A stretch of 39,898 bases of DNA from a virus (Duplodnaviria > Caudoviricetes), in IMG/VR virus record IMGVR_UViG_3300027804_000105, positions 1 through 39,898 of that record. One strand, 5' to 3'. The notes below the pieces were generated by a model. It did not search any database. It was not told the DNA's origin and saw only the letters and a program-made list of their open reading frames with translations. The translations under genes were made by a program, and so were the position numbers. Positions 1 through 8,513 of the stretch are shown here, one piece after another (the stretch's first letter is position 1; every line of letters begins with the position of its first letter).

Positions 1-34
1 ACCGCTGCTGATGGACGCTTCCTGTGCCTTCGTG
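1..34. repeat. Terminal overlap, left copy
   Basis: accgctgctgatggacgcttcctgtgccttcgtg matches 39865-39898 at 32/34 positions. Confidence 0.9.
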
Positions 35-210
35 AAGGCTTGCAGTTCGCCTATGGCGATGTCGCGTTCCTTAATCGCCGTCAGCTCGGCGATGCGGCGC
101 TTGCTCGCCGACCATTCCTTGGCTTCAGAGGCAAACGTGCCTAGAAGTTGGGTAATACCACCCAACACCGTGCCACCCGCAGCGGATGCAAGAAAAGAAA
201 GTAGGCCCAT
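1..210 (-). CDS. Holin-like membrane protein, 5' part (continues across the junction into 39864..39646; about 142 aa in total)
   Basis: ATG at 210 gives MGLLSFLASAAGGTVLGGITQLLGTFASEAKEW...KAQEASISSG, open to position 1 and in frame with the 3' part. Confidence 0.7.
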   Translation of the reverse strand, partial: MGLLSFLASAAGGTVLGGITQLLGTFASEAKEWSASKRRIAELTAIKERDIAIGELQAFTKAQEASISSG

Positions 211-211
211 A

Positions 212-1684
212 TCATGCGAGAGTCAGCGCAACGCTTCGCGTAGTGCCATCCGTGCCGCGAACTTTAATCGTAAGCGACGTGTTGCTCGTAAGCTCAAACG
301 TCATCGTGCTGTTGGTTCCAAGCGCGTCGGCGGACGAGGGCACCGCCAGCACATTCTGACTTCCGTTGACTTGGAGGTTGCCGGACAGCGTAGTTTTGGG
401 CGTGCGGAAATACGTGTTGTTTGACGGCGAATACAACACCGTCTCGTAAGCGCCCGCACCGGTGAAGAATCCCCCGCCGACGGAACTTTCCGAACCAAGA
501 TACAACGAGCCGCCCGTTGATCCAAGTCGAACGTATTTTGCAGACGTTCCGTTTGCCGTAGCCGTAAGAACGGCAGATGTGGAATTGGAGACAAGCGACC
601 CGCCGGTAATCGTTGCGTTGCCGCTGGAGGTAATCGAGCCAGCAACGCTAAGATAGCCACCGCCGGTGATGTTGCCAGCCGCACCAACGCCGCCACTGGC
701 AACAATAGAGCCCGTAGTGGTGCTGCTGGAAGCCGTGGTGTCCGTAGTGGAAATTACCCCGCCAAAAGTCCCGGTAGTTGCTGCGCGCACTCCGCCACGA
801 AAAGAGGCCCCGCCTTTGCAGACCAATGCCCCGATTCCGGTTCCCGTGGTTTCAGTAGTGTCAGCAACCGTAAACTGCGCGTCGGTCCAGAGATGATTTG
901 TTCCGGCCCGCGTAATGACGTTCTTCGTTTCGTCTCCGTATCGAACGAACGAAGACGCATCCTCAATTGCCGTAAGAGTGCCAAGTGCAGTAGCGATGGC
1001 GTCTCCGACCACGTTGTAACCAGCCGTGCTTAGGTGAAGGTGGTCCCCGCTGTCATACGCCGCGAGCAAGGTATCGGCGGCACCCGGGTCTTCCAGCGCC
1101 GTGTAAGCATCGACAATGTAGTCAATACCAGTGGCGGTAGAGGAAATCCACGTATTGACAGTATCCAGCACCGTCTGCCTGCCGGCGCTCCAGTCGGCAT
1201 TGGTCTTGAACGGCGTCATATTCACCGCAACAACCTTTATTCCGGCGCCCGAAGCAGCCGTATACATGGCCTGCAAGGCATTCTGAATCGTAGCCGCAGA
1301 AGCGTCCTGAACGACGTCGTTAATACCAGCCCAGATAATGACATAGTTCACGTCACCACGGGAAACAACGCAGGCATCAAACCGCGTATTCATCACCACC
1401 GCCGTCTGCCCCGTGATGCCGTGATTGCGAATCTGCCATCCGGTAAACGCAGGCTTGGAAAGCAAGCGATCAATGTAAGCGCCGCCCATCGTAAGGCTAT
1501 CGCCCATAGCCGCAATCGTGTATGCGCTGTCAAGATGAACGCCGTTTGCGTCAACCGTGGTAAACGCACCCGTGCCCGGCGTTGTAGCACCGATGTTCGT
1601 GCCGTTGATGCTGCCCCCGGTGATGGCAACCGAACTGCCAATTGCGCCCGGCGTGCTAAGAAGCAGTGTTTTGAAAACGTCCAT
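212..1684 (-). CDS. Tail fibre/spike with SGNH (GDSL) esterase domain
   Basis: Blocks GDSLT, GITGQT, AGIND and DHLH, flanked by G/T/S-rich fibre-like segments. Confidence 0.85.
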   Translation of the reverse strand: MDVFKTLLLSTPGAIGSSVAITGGSINGTNIGATTPGTGAFTTVDANGVHLDSAYTIAAMGDSLTMGGAYIDRLLSKPAFTGWQIRNHGITGQTAVVMNTRFDACVVSRGDVNYVIIWAGINDVVQDASAATIQNALQAMYTAASGAGIKVVAVNMTPFKTNADWSAGRQTVLDTVNTWISSTATGIDYIVDAYTALEDPGAADTLLAAYDSGDHLHLSTAGYNVVGDAIATALGTLTAIEDASSFVRYGDETKNVITRAGTNHLWTDAQFTVADTTETTGTGIGALVCKGGASFRGGVRAATTGTFGGVISTTDTTASSSTTTGSIVASGGVGAAGNITGGGYLSVAGSITSSGNATITGGSLVSNSTSAVLTATANGTSAKYVRLGSTGGSLYLGSESSVGGGFFTGAGAYETVLYSPSNNTYFRTPKTTLSGNLQVNGSQNVLAVPSSADALGTNSTMTFELTSNTSLTIKVRGTDGTTRSVALTLA

Positions 1685-1686
1685 GC

Positions 1687-2016
1687 TTAGAGGAAATTGA
1701 GTTGCTGAACCTCAACTACGACATCCGTGCTCGCCGTGCGAATGGCACGCGCCGAATTGAACATTTGCCGGGTCCAGTAGGCTGGCGTTCCGTCAACGTA
1801 AAGGAAGCCGCGCGTGCTGGTCGCAGCGGTGGAGCCGTCGAACGTCACGCGAGCGTTGGCGTTATTGAACTGAACCAGAACGTGCGTCGTGTCCGCAGCC
1901 AGCGTGAGACTGGCACTAAGGGCGGCGGACGAAGAACCCACCGTGATTTGAGCGTGGGTGGTCCCGCTCTGCGGGATAGCCTGCGAAGGCGTGTTGACAA
2001 TGCGAGCGTTAGCCAT
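1687..2016 (-). CDS. Small virion structural protein (beta-rich)
   Basis: 109 aa, tightly packed in the structural operon. Confidence 0.6.
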   Translation of the reverse strand: MANARIVNTPSQAIPQSGTTHAQITVGSSSAALSASLTLAADTTHVLVQFNNANARVTFDGSTAATSTRGFLYVDGTPAYWTRQMFNSARAIRTASTDVVVEVQQLNFL

Positions 2017-2018
2017 GT

Positions 2019-2627
2019 TCAGCGGGATTGGGCGGTGTGGTGGCTACGAATACGCATCCCCGCATTGCGGTTGTTGCTCTGCGCCATAGCCGAGCGCAAT
2101 TCTAGCAGAAGGACTTGCTCCGCATTGGCGTCTTCAACCTGCGCCTTGGCGTGCTGTTCGTCGTAGCGAAGGAAGTCCGCATATGCCCCGTAGGACGCAT
2201 ACTTGCTGAATTCAATCGGGATGGACGTGTTGGTCGTGCTGTTGAACGGGCCGTCTAGCCGCTTCTTGTAATCAACGTAGAAGGTAGTGGCGCTCTCGTA
2301 GTCGCCGATAACCTTCGCACCGTCCACCGTCACCGTAAAATCGTATTCCTGAACCGAGTTTACCGAGTAAGGAGCCTCGGCATACACCCGAAGGAACGTA
2401 TCAATGCTGCTGAGGGTTTCCTGCGTGAACGGAATAACCCCATCCGTAGCGGCACGGGCCTCCCCGAGCTTGAGGTAGCGCGGCCAACGCTCGAACCGAC
2501 GGTAAGCATCGTAAATGCGCCGGTTGATGAAGCTGTTTACCAGCGTATCCTCTTCCGAGGTAAACGCCGTGTTGCCCGACAGGGCCTTGACCAGCGTGTA
2601 GACGTTTGTGTATGTCTCGGTTTCCAT
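2019..2627 (-). CDS. Putative head-tail adaptor / tail tubular protein A-like
   Basis: 202 aa downstream of the capsid genes; size, position and the IPIEF..YASYGAYAD segment fit podovirus adaptors. Confidence 0.55.
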   Translation of the reverse strand: METETYTNVYTLVKALSGNTAFTSEEDTLVNSFINRRIYDAYRRFERWPRYLKLGEARAATDGVIPFTQETLSSIDTFLRVYAEAPYSVNSVQEYDFTVTVDGAKVIGDYESATTFYVDYKKRLDGPFNSTTNTSIPIEFSKYASYGAYADFLRYDEQHAKAQVEDANAEQVLLLELRSAMAQSNNRNAGMRIRSHHTAQSR

Positions 2628-2628
2628 G

Positions 2629-2937
2629 TCAGACCCGATTGGGGCTCAATTGCGGGTAGAGCTTCTGGAACGTGCGCAGGAAGTCCTTACTGTTCACTTC
2701 CTCGTGTCCGTATTTCTTCACCATGCGCAGGTAGTCGCCCTGGTCCCAAACCGCCACGCATTTGCCCAACCCCTTGACCGACTTGTGCCCCTTGAACGTC
2801 TGCGCCTCAAGCGCGGCATGATTGTCACGAAACTCCTCACGCGCCTTGAGCAACTGATGCCCCGTTTTGAGTTCCTTGAAAATGGCTCGGTCAATCTCGC
2901 CGTCGCTGTAACGCGGCAATGCGGTGATGATTTGCAT
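2629..2937 (-). CDS. Hypothetical phage protein
   Basis: 102 aa ORF, operon spacing of 1 nt to the next gene. Confidence 0.65.
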   Translation of the reverse strand: MQIITALPRYSDGEIDRAIFKELKTGHQLLKAREEFRDNHAALEAQTFKGHKSVKGLGKCVAVWDQGDYLRMVKKYGHEEVNSKDFLRTFQKLYPQLSPNRV

Positions 2938-2975
2938 GAAAAAAGAAAAGGGGAGGAGCTTTCGCTCCTCCCCTT
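2938..2975 (-). terminator. Rho-independent terminator after the capsid/decoration genes
   Basis: Perfect 12-bp stem AAGGGGAGGAGC / GCTCCTCCCCTT (2948-2975), followed on the minus strand by TTCTTTTTT. Confidence 0.85.
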
Positions 2976-2999
2976 CATACTAGCACAACGGGTTGCTAG

Positions 3000-3473
3000 T
3001 TAGGCGGCGGAACCAAGATCGGCAATGCGAAGGCCGATAATCCACTCACCGGCCGTAAGGTTCGCCACGGTGCCGTTAAGCTCCATGTAAACCGACTTGG
3101 CGGTGCTGGCGTTGTTGATGTAGCCGTTCACGACGTTCACGGTAGTCGCCGAACCGGAATCGGTGCCGACAAACGCATCACCCGTGTTAAACGATGCGTA
3201 GGTCAGGGCATCCAAATCGAGGTTGTCAATGAACTCGTCAGGGTCGGCAGCGGTGACACCAACGTCAAGCGTCAGGTCAGACGTTCCGGCTTCGGCGGTC
3301 AGGTTGATGACTACGCAGCGATCAACGATGCCGCCAGGGGGGACGGAGGCGATGATCTTCTGGTTGGCAGCGCCGAGGGTGGAAAGGAAACCCGTGGTTT
3401 GAAGATCGACGTAATCGAACTTAAAGACGTGGGTGAACCCCTTGGCGACTTCGGGATTGGTAAGAGCGGGCAT
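3000..3473 (-). CDS. Putative capsid decoration/cement protein
   Basis: 157 aa beta-rich protein directly after the major capsid gene and before a terminator. Confidence 0.6.
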   Translation of the reverse strand: MPALTNPEVAKGFTHVFKFDYVDLQTTGFLSTLGAANQKIIASVPPGGIVDRCVVINLTAEAGTSDLTLDVGVTAADPDEFIDNLDLDALTYASFNTGDAFVGTDSGSATTVNVVNGYINNASTAKSVYMELNGTVANLTAGEWIIGLRIADLGSAA

Positions 3474-3496
3474 GTTGGTTAGTCCTTGGTTAAGGT

Positions 3497-4477
3497 TTAG
3501 CTGAGGACCGTGATCTTGCCGTGGGCGGCCGGATGGGCAACGCGGAGCGTGCCGGTCCAGTCAACCCAACCGCGAGGACCACCACCCTGATTGATGCCGG
3601 CGGTGACACCAATCGGAATCAGCTCCGCAACCGAGTATTTGCTCGGATTGATGATGTAACCGGTGTCCTTGTTGGTGGTATCCGGCGCGCAATCCGGGTT
3701 CATGTTGACGATGGACACAATGCCGTGGTCCGAATCATACTGCGACACCTTGAGGGTAATCGTAGCGTCCGAACTGGAGGCATTGAAGGTGCGGTAAGCA
3801 CCCGAGGTCGTGTCCGCACGGGCGAAGTCGGAGATAACCCGACGAAGCGCCGTATCCGCAAGCAGGGTGAGGTTCTGCGCCTCGCCAGACGTGCGATAAA
3901 TCGACGTGATGAGGTTGTTGAGAACCGTCTCGCTGAACGTGCCGGAAGCGTGGATGCTGCCAGCGGGCGTGCGATAGGCCGCAGGAACGTCGGACGGGCC
4001 GGCGCTGTCAATCCAGTCGCCGAGGCCACGCAGGGTGGACGCGGTGCCGGCGCCGTCGGGAGCCGCACGGTCTTGGGTGCCAAGCAGGGTGGCCTCGATG
4101 TCGCGTTTCAGCTCCATCGTCGCCTTCATCTGCGCACGAGCAATGTCCTGCGGACCAACCGAGGTGACGGCTTCCTGAATGTCCGAAACCATGTAGTTCC
4201 GGCGGAGCTTGTGGACGTAGTTGCCAACGCGGGCGACGTTCTCGAACGCGTCCGTGAAGTCCTGCACGTCCGAACCCTCGGCAACGGCGGTGGTGGACGG
4301 GCTAGAGAGCTTGTCAAGGCCCCACTCAACGAAGGTGGCGGTCGCCTTGATCTTGGTGGCGGTGGAATAGCACGGGGTCTGCTCAGGAGCCAGCATCTCG
4401 ACGGAATCGAGAAGCTGCTCGCGGTTCAGCGCGGCGGAGCCGGGCGAAGTGGTATCGTAACTGTTACTGAAGGCCAT
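3497..4477 (-). CDS. Major capsid protein (DUF5309-like)
   Basis: 326 aa with NRE.L.D...P..TP, EW..D, EG.D, RVGNY, ELKRDIE and RGL motifs; follows the scaffold gene. Confidence 0.88.
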   Translation of the reverse strand: MAFSNSYDTTSPGSAALNREQLLDSVEMLAPEQTPCYSTATKIKATATFVEWGLDKLSSPSTTAVAEGSDVQDFTDAFENVARVGNYVHKLRRNYMVSDIQEAVTSVGPQDIARAQMKATMELKRDIEATLLGTQDRAAPDGAGTASTLRGLGDWIDSAGPSDVPAAYRTPAGSIHASGTFSETVLNNLITSIYRTSGEAQNLTLLADTALRRVISDFARADTTSGAYRTFNASSSDATITLKVSQYDSDHGIVSIVNMNPDCAPDTTNKDTGYIINPSKYSVAELIPIGVTAGINQGGGPRGWVDWTGTLRVAHPAAHGKITVLS

Positions 4478-4483
4478 GTTGGC

Positions 4484-5590
4484 TTATTTTCGTGATGCTA
4501 GCTTTGCTGCTTGGAGCTTTACCCAAACCTCGGGGTCACCTGTCTTCCTAAAACGACTATCCAAGTCTTTGAGGAACGCTTCCGACTTGGCATCCACGCG
4601 GGCGGAGGGAGCCGCTTGCGTGCGCGCCGGAGACGGGGGCGTAATCTTCATGGACGGGGACTCTTGCGGAAGCACCTTACGAACGCCATACATGCTGTTC
4701 GCCGCGTGGGCGAAAAGGTAGTCCAGCGCCGCCTCGGCCTCGGGAACCAGCTTGCGGATTTTCTCCACTACCGGCCCCGAACGAAGCGTTTCAAACTGCT
4801 TCCGCGTGTCATTGTCCGTGCCTTCGAGCCAAGCCAGCTCTTTGCGCATCTGCTCGTCCAATTGAGCCTTGAGGGCCTTGCGGCCATCACGCTCTTTCAG
4901 CTCCTGCATCTGGGCAGGGATAAACGAATCACGCGCCTTCTTGGCCTCCAAAAGAGCCTTACGCAGTTCGACCTTGGTGTAATCTCTGCCGTTGATATTG
5001 GCAGCAATGTCATTTACCGACAGGTCGGAAGCCTCGAAAAGTTTCTCTTCCAAAACCTCCACGGCTTGTGCCGCTTCCCGCTGCTTGGAACTGAGTTCCT
5101 CCAGCGTGGTAACGTCCGCGTAGGGGTTGTTTTCAACTTTTGGCGTAGCTTGCGTTTTCTCCGCACGCATCCGCTCAACCTCGGCAGCAAGTGCAGCGGC
5201 TTTTTCCTCTGCCTGCTTTCGTTTAGCAGTCAGTTCCCCATAACGGGCAACCGCGCCACTACCGAGTTTCTTGGCCAACTCGTCCAGCTCTTGCTCGGAC
5301 AAATTCCCCAAATCCAACTTGGAAAGAACGTCTTTCCGTGTGTCCTTGGGCTGTTCCGGCGAGGCTTGCTCCAATTCGGGCGTGTTTTCGGCCTCGGGAA
5401 CCGTCGGGACTTCGGGGGCTGTCTCAGCCGGTTGCTCGCTCGTTGCAGGCTGCGTTTGTGGCGCTTCCTCCTTCTTGCCAGTCAGGCTGGCTACGCGACG
5501 CTGGAGAAAGAACTTCTCAGCATCCATAGGCTTCGTTTCCACCGTATTTGTAGAGCCCCCGGCGTCGGGCATAGGTTTGGTATCGGTCAT
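4484..5590 (-). CDS. Capsid scaffolding protein
   Basis: Acidic/Pro-rich N-terminus, coiled coil (RYGELTAKRKQAEEK), located between portal and capsid. Confidence 0.8.
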   Translation of the reverse strand: MTDTKPMPDAGGSTNTVETKPMDAEKFFLQRRVASLTGKKEEAPQTQPATSEQPAETAPEVPTVPEAENTPELEQASPEQPKDTRKDVLSKLDLGNLSEQELDELAKKLGSGAVARYGELTAKRKQAEEKAAALAAEVERMRAEKTQATPKVENNPYADVTTLEELSSKQREAAQAVEVLEEKLFEASDLSVNDIAANINGRDYTKVELRKALLEAKKARDSFIPAQMQELKERDGRKALKAQLDEQMRKELAWLEGTDNDTRKQFETLRSGPVVEKIRKLVPEAEAALDYLFAHAANSMYGVRKVLPQESPSMKITPPSPARTQAAPSARVDAKSEAFLKDLDSRFRKTGDPEVWVKLQAAKLASRK

Positions 5591-5645
5591 TGAATCACCG
5601 GATTAACGCCCCGGAGAAAGCTGACCGCATACTAACACGCCCTGT

Positions 5646-5846
5646 TTACATAACGGAACGAAACACCTTCAGAATGCGATCCGAGGCAATAAGCTCACCA
5701 GAAATCTGCTGAACCTGATCGGTGTTGGCCCGATAGAGTTCGGACAGCGAAGCCTCCTTCTGCTGTTCGACAAACTCAACTATGACTTGGAAGTTCTCGT
5801 TGTGCTCCAACGCCTTTACAGCCTGCTCAAGTGTCGGTTTCTTCAT
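5646..5846 (-). CDS. Small conserved-position protein downstream of portal
   Basis: 66 aa, 4-nt overlap with the portal stop. Confidence 0.65.
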   Translation of the reverse strand: MKKPTLEQAVKALEHNENFQVIVEFVEQQKEASLSELYRANTDQVQQISGELIASDRILKVFRSVM

Positions 5847-7924
5847 TGCTGGATTCCTTGGGTTTGCATACCGCCAACCTGCGCCGGAGCCGTGCCTAGT
5901 TTGCCAATTTGGGCATTCTGCGCCTGCTGTATCTGGAACTGATACTGCTCCTGGTATTTGACCAGCCGCTTGTAAAACGCCTCGTCGGCGCTAAGACGCT
6001 GCGACACGTCGGGCTGCTGGACATACTGTTGAATAACTTGCATGGCTATTTGTGCTCCGTTCGGGCGTGCGCCCATTTCCATGCCCGCGTAAATCTTGCT
6101 GAGATCGTCCATCACATCGCGCGTAACCTCTTCCGTAGCGGTCTTGGCGGGGCGAAGGACGGCATCGGCAACCGTCGGGCTAATCATGGAGGCAATGCTG
6201 CCAAGCAACAGGTCCATGTCAATACGCCCGTTAGCGTCCAACTGCCGCAGGCTGACGAACTGCTGGAGAATCTTCTCCATGTTCTCTGGGTCGTTCATCA
6301 GCACGTCGAACTCAATGGCGATGTCGTAGTTCTCGTCGGCACTACCCTTGGTCATGGTCTGACCTTCACCCTTGCCGGTGACGCGGAAGAACACGGACTC
6401 GGGGCCGAACCGCTGATAGCACTTGAACGCGAGCTTGATGACATCGCGAACGTGCTCCAGAAACTTGTTCACGAAGAACTGCTGGCGCTGCGGAGCCAGC
6501 GGATTCTCGTGATCGAGGCCCATCACCTTGTTGGCCTCCATCAGCATCGTATTCTCAATTTCGATGGAGCCCGGATTGAACGGCGGAGTCGGGGCGAAGC
6601 TGATTTCGTTCTGCCGGCGATAGGGAATGATGGAACGCGGACCCCACTCTTTCGGCTCGGAGCCAACCGGGCAAAGCAGCGGAGGCACCGTAGAAAGGCT
6701 GTTCCGGTCAATTCGGCTGTCACGCTCGGCCTTGACCGTCATTTGCAGCCCGCGTAGCCGCTCGGGCACGGAAGCGCCCTCGTAGAGCCGCTGGGACTCT
6801 TCCCCGAGCTTTGTAACCACCACGGGGTAGTCATCAAAGCCGTTCATCAGGGAATGCTTGGCAAACACCTCCCGCCCCTCGTATTCAACCGCCAGCGGGC
6901 AGAAAATGGTTTCGTAGATGCCCTCGGCGCCGTCCTCGTCAATGAGCCGCTGATAGGCGTAAACCACGTCAACCAGCTTGTTTGTCAGTCCGCCCTCACG
7001 AATGAGGTTGCGGTTGTTGATGGCGTCGCCCGTGCGGTAATCCTTGCCGAGCGCCATTTCCAGAACCGCCTCGGCCCACTCTTCGTCCCACCCCAGCGTA
7101 GCCACCGCGTTCTCAATTGCCTGCGGCGTCATCTTGCGCAGCCGGAAGCAATGCGGGGCCGACTGCGGATCGCGCGTGTAATTCGGGAAAATGAGGTCTT
7201 GGTCCGGCGACATGCTCTCCACGCAGGGGCAGTCCACGGAGTTGCGGCTAACCGGAATGCGGGCTTTGCCGGTCTTGCGAAGGTCTTTGAGCGCAACCTT
7301 CATGCGCTTGGCAAACTTCTTGTCGTCAATCTTGCCGAAGAACTGGCTGAAGATGGCGAGGATTTCCTCCTCCTTGTCCTTCTCCATGATGGCGCGGGCA
7401 AGGTCGGGGCTGGCAGCCGCAATTTGCTCCAGCGTCACGTCTTGCAAGTAGGTGCGCTTCTCTTGAAGCCATCCCACATGCGTAATCATGATGCCCTTGG
7501 TGAGAAGGTCGTTTGCACCAAGCTCCATCTGCCGGCGGAACTCGGGGATGTAACTCGCCACCATCCACCGCAGAAACGCCGACACCGTAGCCGAACGCTC
7601 AATGTCGTCAAAGCCTACCGGATTCGCCCGAATGTTCGCCCGCTGGAGGGCGTTCATAAACAGGGCGATGTAGGTGTTAATCGCGTTATCCGAAAGGAAA
7701 ACCTCCGTATCCGACGCATCCGTCCACGGGAAGGCATCGGCACCTTTCTTGCGCAAGTCCTCCGACTTGCCGGCCCAAATGTTGTGTCGGGTGTCGAAGC
7801 TGGTCTTGGCTGCCTGCTGATACGTCGCAAGCCCCGTTACCGTGTCGTCATACGCCTTCTTCAAAAGCGCAACGCTCGGCGTTTCGCTCGTGTAAAGAAG
7901 TTCCACGTCGTTCTTGTCGTCCAT
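5843..7924 (-). CDS. Portal protein
   Basis: 693 aa, downstream of TerL and upstream of scaffold, Q-rich C-terminus as in P22-like portals. Confidence 0.85.
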   Translation of the reverse strand: MDDKNDVELLYTSETPSVALLKKAYDDTVTGLATYQQAAKTSFDTRHNIWAGKSEDLRKKGADAFPWTDASDTEVFLSDNAINTYIALFMNALQRANIRANPVGFDDIERSATVSAFLRWMVASYIPEFRRQMELGANDLLTKGIMITHVGWLQEKRTYLQDVTLEQIAAASPDLARAIMEKDKEEEILAIFSQFFGKIDDKKFAKRMKVALKDLRKTGKARIPVSRNSVDCPCVESMSPDQDLIFPNYTRDPQSAPHCFRLRKMTPQAIENAVATLGWDEEWAEAVLEMALGKDYRTGDAINNRNLIREGGLTNKLVDVVYAYQRLIDEDGAEGIYETIFCPLAVEYEGREVFAKHSLMNGFDDYPVVVTKLGEESQRLYEGASVPERLRGLQMTVKAERDSRIDRNSLSTVPPLLCPVGSEPKEWGPRSIIPYRRQNEISFAPTPPFNPGSIEIENTMLMEANKVMGLDHENPLAPQRQQFFVNKFLEHVRDVIKLAFKCYQRFGPESVFFRVTGKGEGQTMTKGSADENYDIAIEFDVLMNDPENMEKILQQFVSLRQLDANGRIDMDLLLGSIASMISPTVADAVLRPAKTATEEVTRDVMDDLSKIYAGMEMGARPNGAQIAMQVIQQYVQQPDVSQRLSADEAFYKRLVKYQEQYQFQIQQAQNAQIGKLGTAPAQVGGMQTQGIQQ

Positions 7925-8141
7925 ACTTAGTTTTCAGCTTGCCGATAATCAGGTGAATGGTTTTAGGCCCAAGCCCGGTCTTCTCCTGAAGCTCCGGCAA
8001 CCCCATTGGATAGTAGCACGAAGTAAGGCAACGGGTAAGGATTTCAAACGCCACAAGCCGCTCGTGATGCTCGAAAAGCTCACGATTGGTCATCTTGCCG
8101 TCAAAGCGGTCTTCAGCGGGTAAGTTTTCCGATAGCTTCAT
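7848..8141 (-). CDS. Hypothetical protein (possible HTH)
   Basis: Probable start MKLSENLP at 8141; contains LPELQEKTGLGPKTIH. Confidence 0.45.
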   Translation of the reverse strand: MKLSENLPAEDRFDGKMTNRELFEHHERLVAFEILTRCLTSCYYPMGLPELQEKTGLGPKTIHLIIGKLKTKYGRQERRGTSLHERNAERCAFEEGV

Positions 8142-8511
8142 GTCGGTAGGTGATGCCGTTGGAGTCCTGGATAACGTCTGCGTTGATGAGCTTGCCAAGC
8201 AGGCGGTCGGGGTGAAGGCGGCTGGGGATGAACACCGGAACGCGATGGCTGTTTTTGCCAAGGGTGATGCCCCAAACCCAACGCTTGTTCGGAGCCTTGC
8301 CGATAATACGCACCTTCACCCGCTCCGGCACGGCCAGCGGGATTTCGTGGGCCAGCCGCACCTTGTCCACCCCCTTTTCCGTGAACCAAGAGCCTTCCTT
8401 GTCCTTAAACCAGTCCTCGCCCTCAATGCACTTGTGCTTCCGAATTTTGGACAGCTCAAGCCGGTTGAGTCGGAGTTCCTGCCGCAAGTCCTCGAATTTG
8501 ATGTTAGCCAT
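8113..8511 (-). CDS. Hypothetical phage protein
   Basis: Probable start MANIKFEDL at 8511, 2 nt after the TerL stop. Confidence 0.6.
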   Translation of the reverse strand: MANIKFEDLRQELRLNRLELSKIRKHKCIEGEDWFKDKEGSWFTEKGVDKVRLAHEIPLAVPERVKVRIIGKAPNKRWVWGITLGKNSHRVPVFIPSRLHPDRLLGKLINADVIQDSNGITYRHEAIGKLTR

Positions 8512-8513
8512 GC

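Noticed and set aside
3521-7930. Long + strand ORFs antisense to capsid, scaffold and portal (3521..4495, 4511..5593, 5909..6757, 6854..7930)
   Set aside because: Shadow ORFs of high-GC genes with no recognisable motifs.
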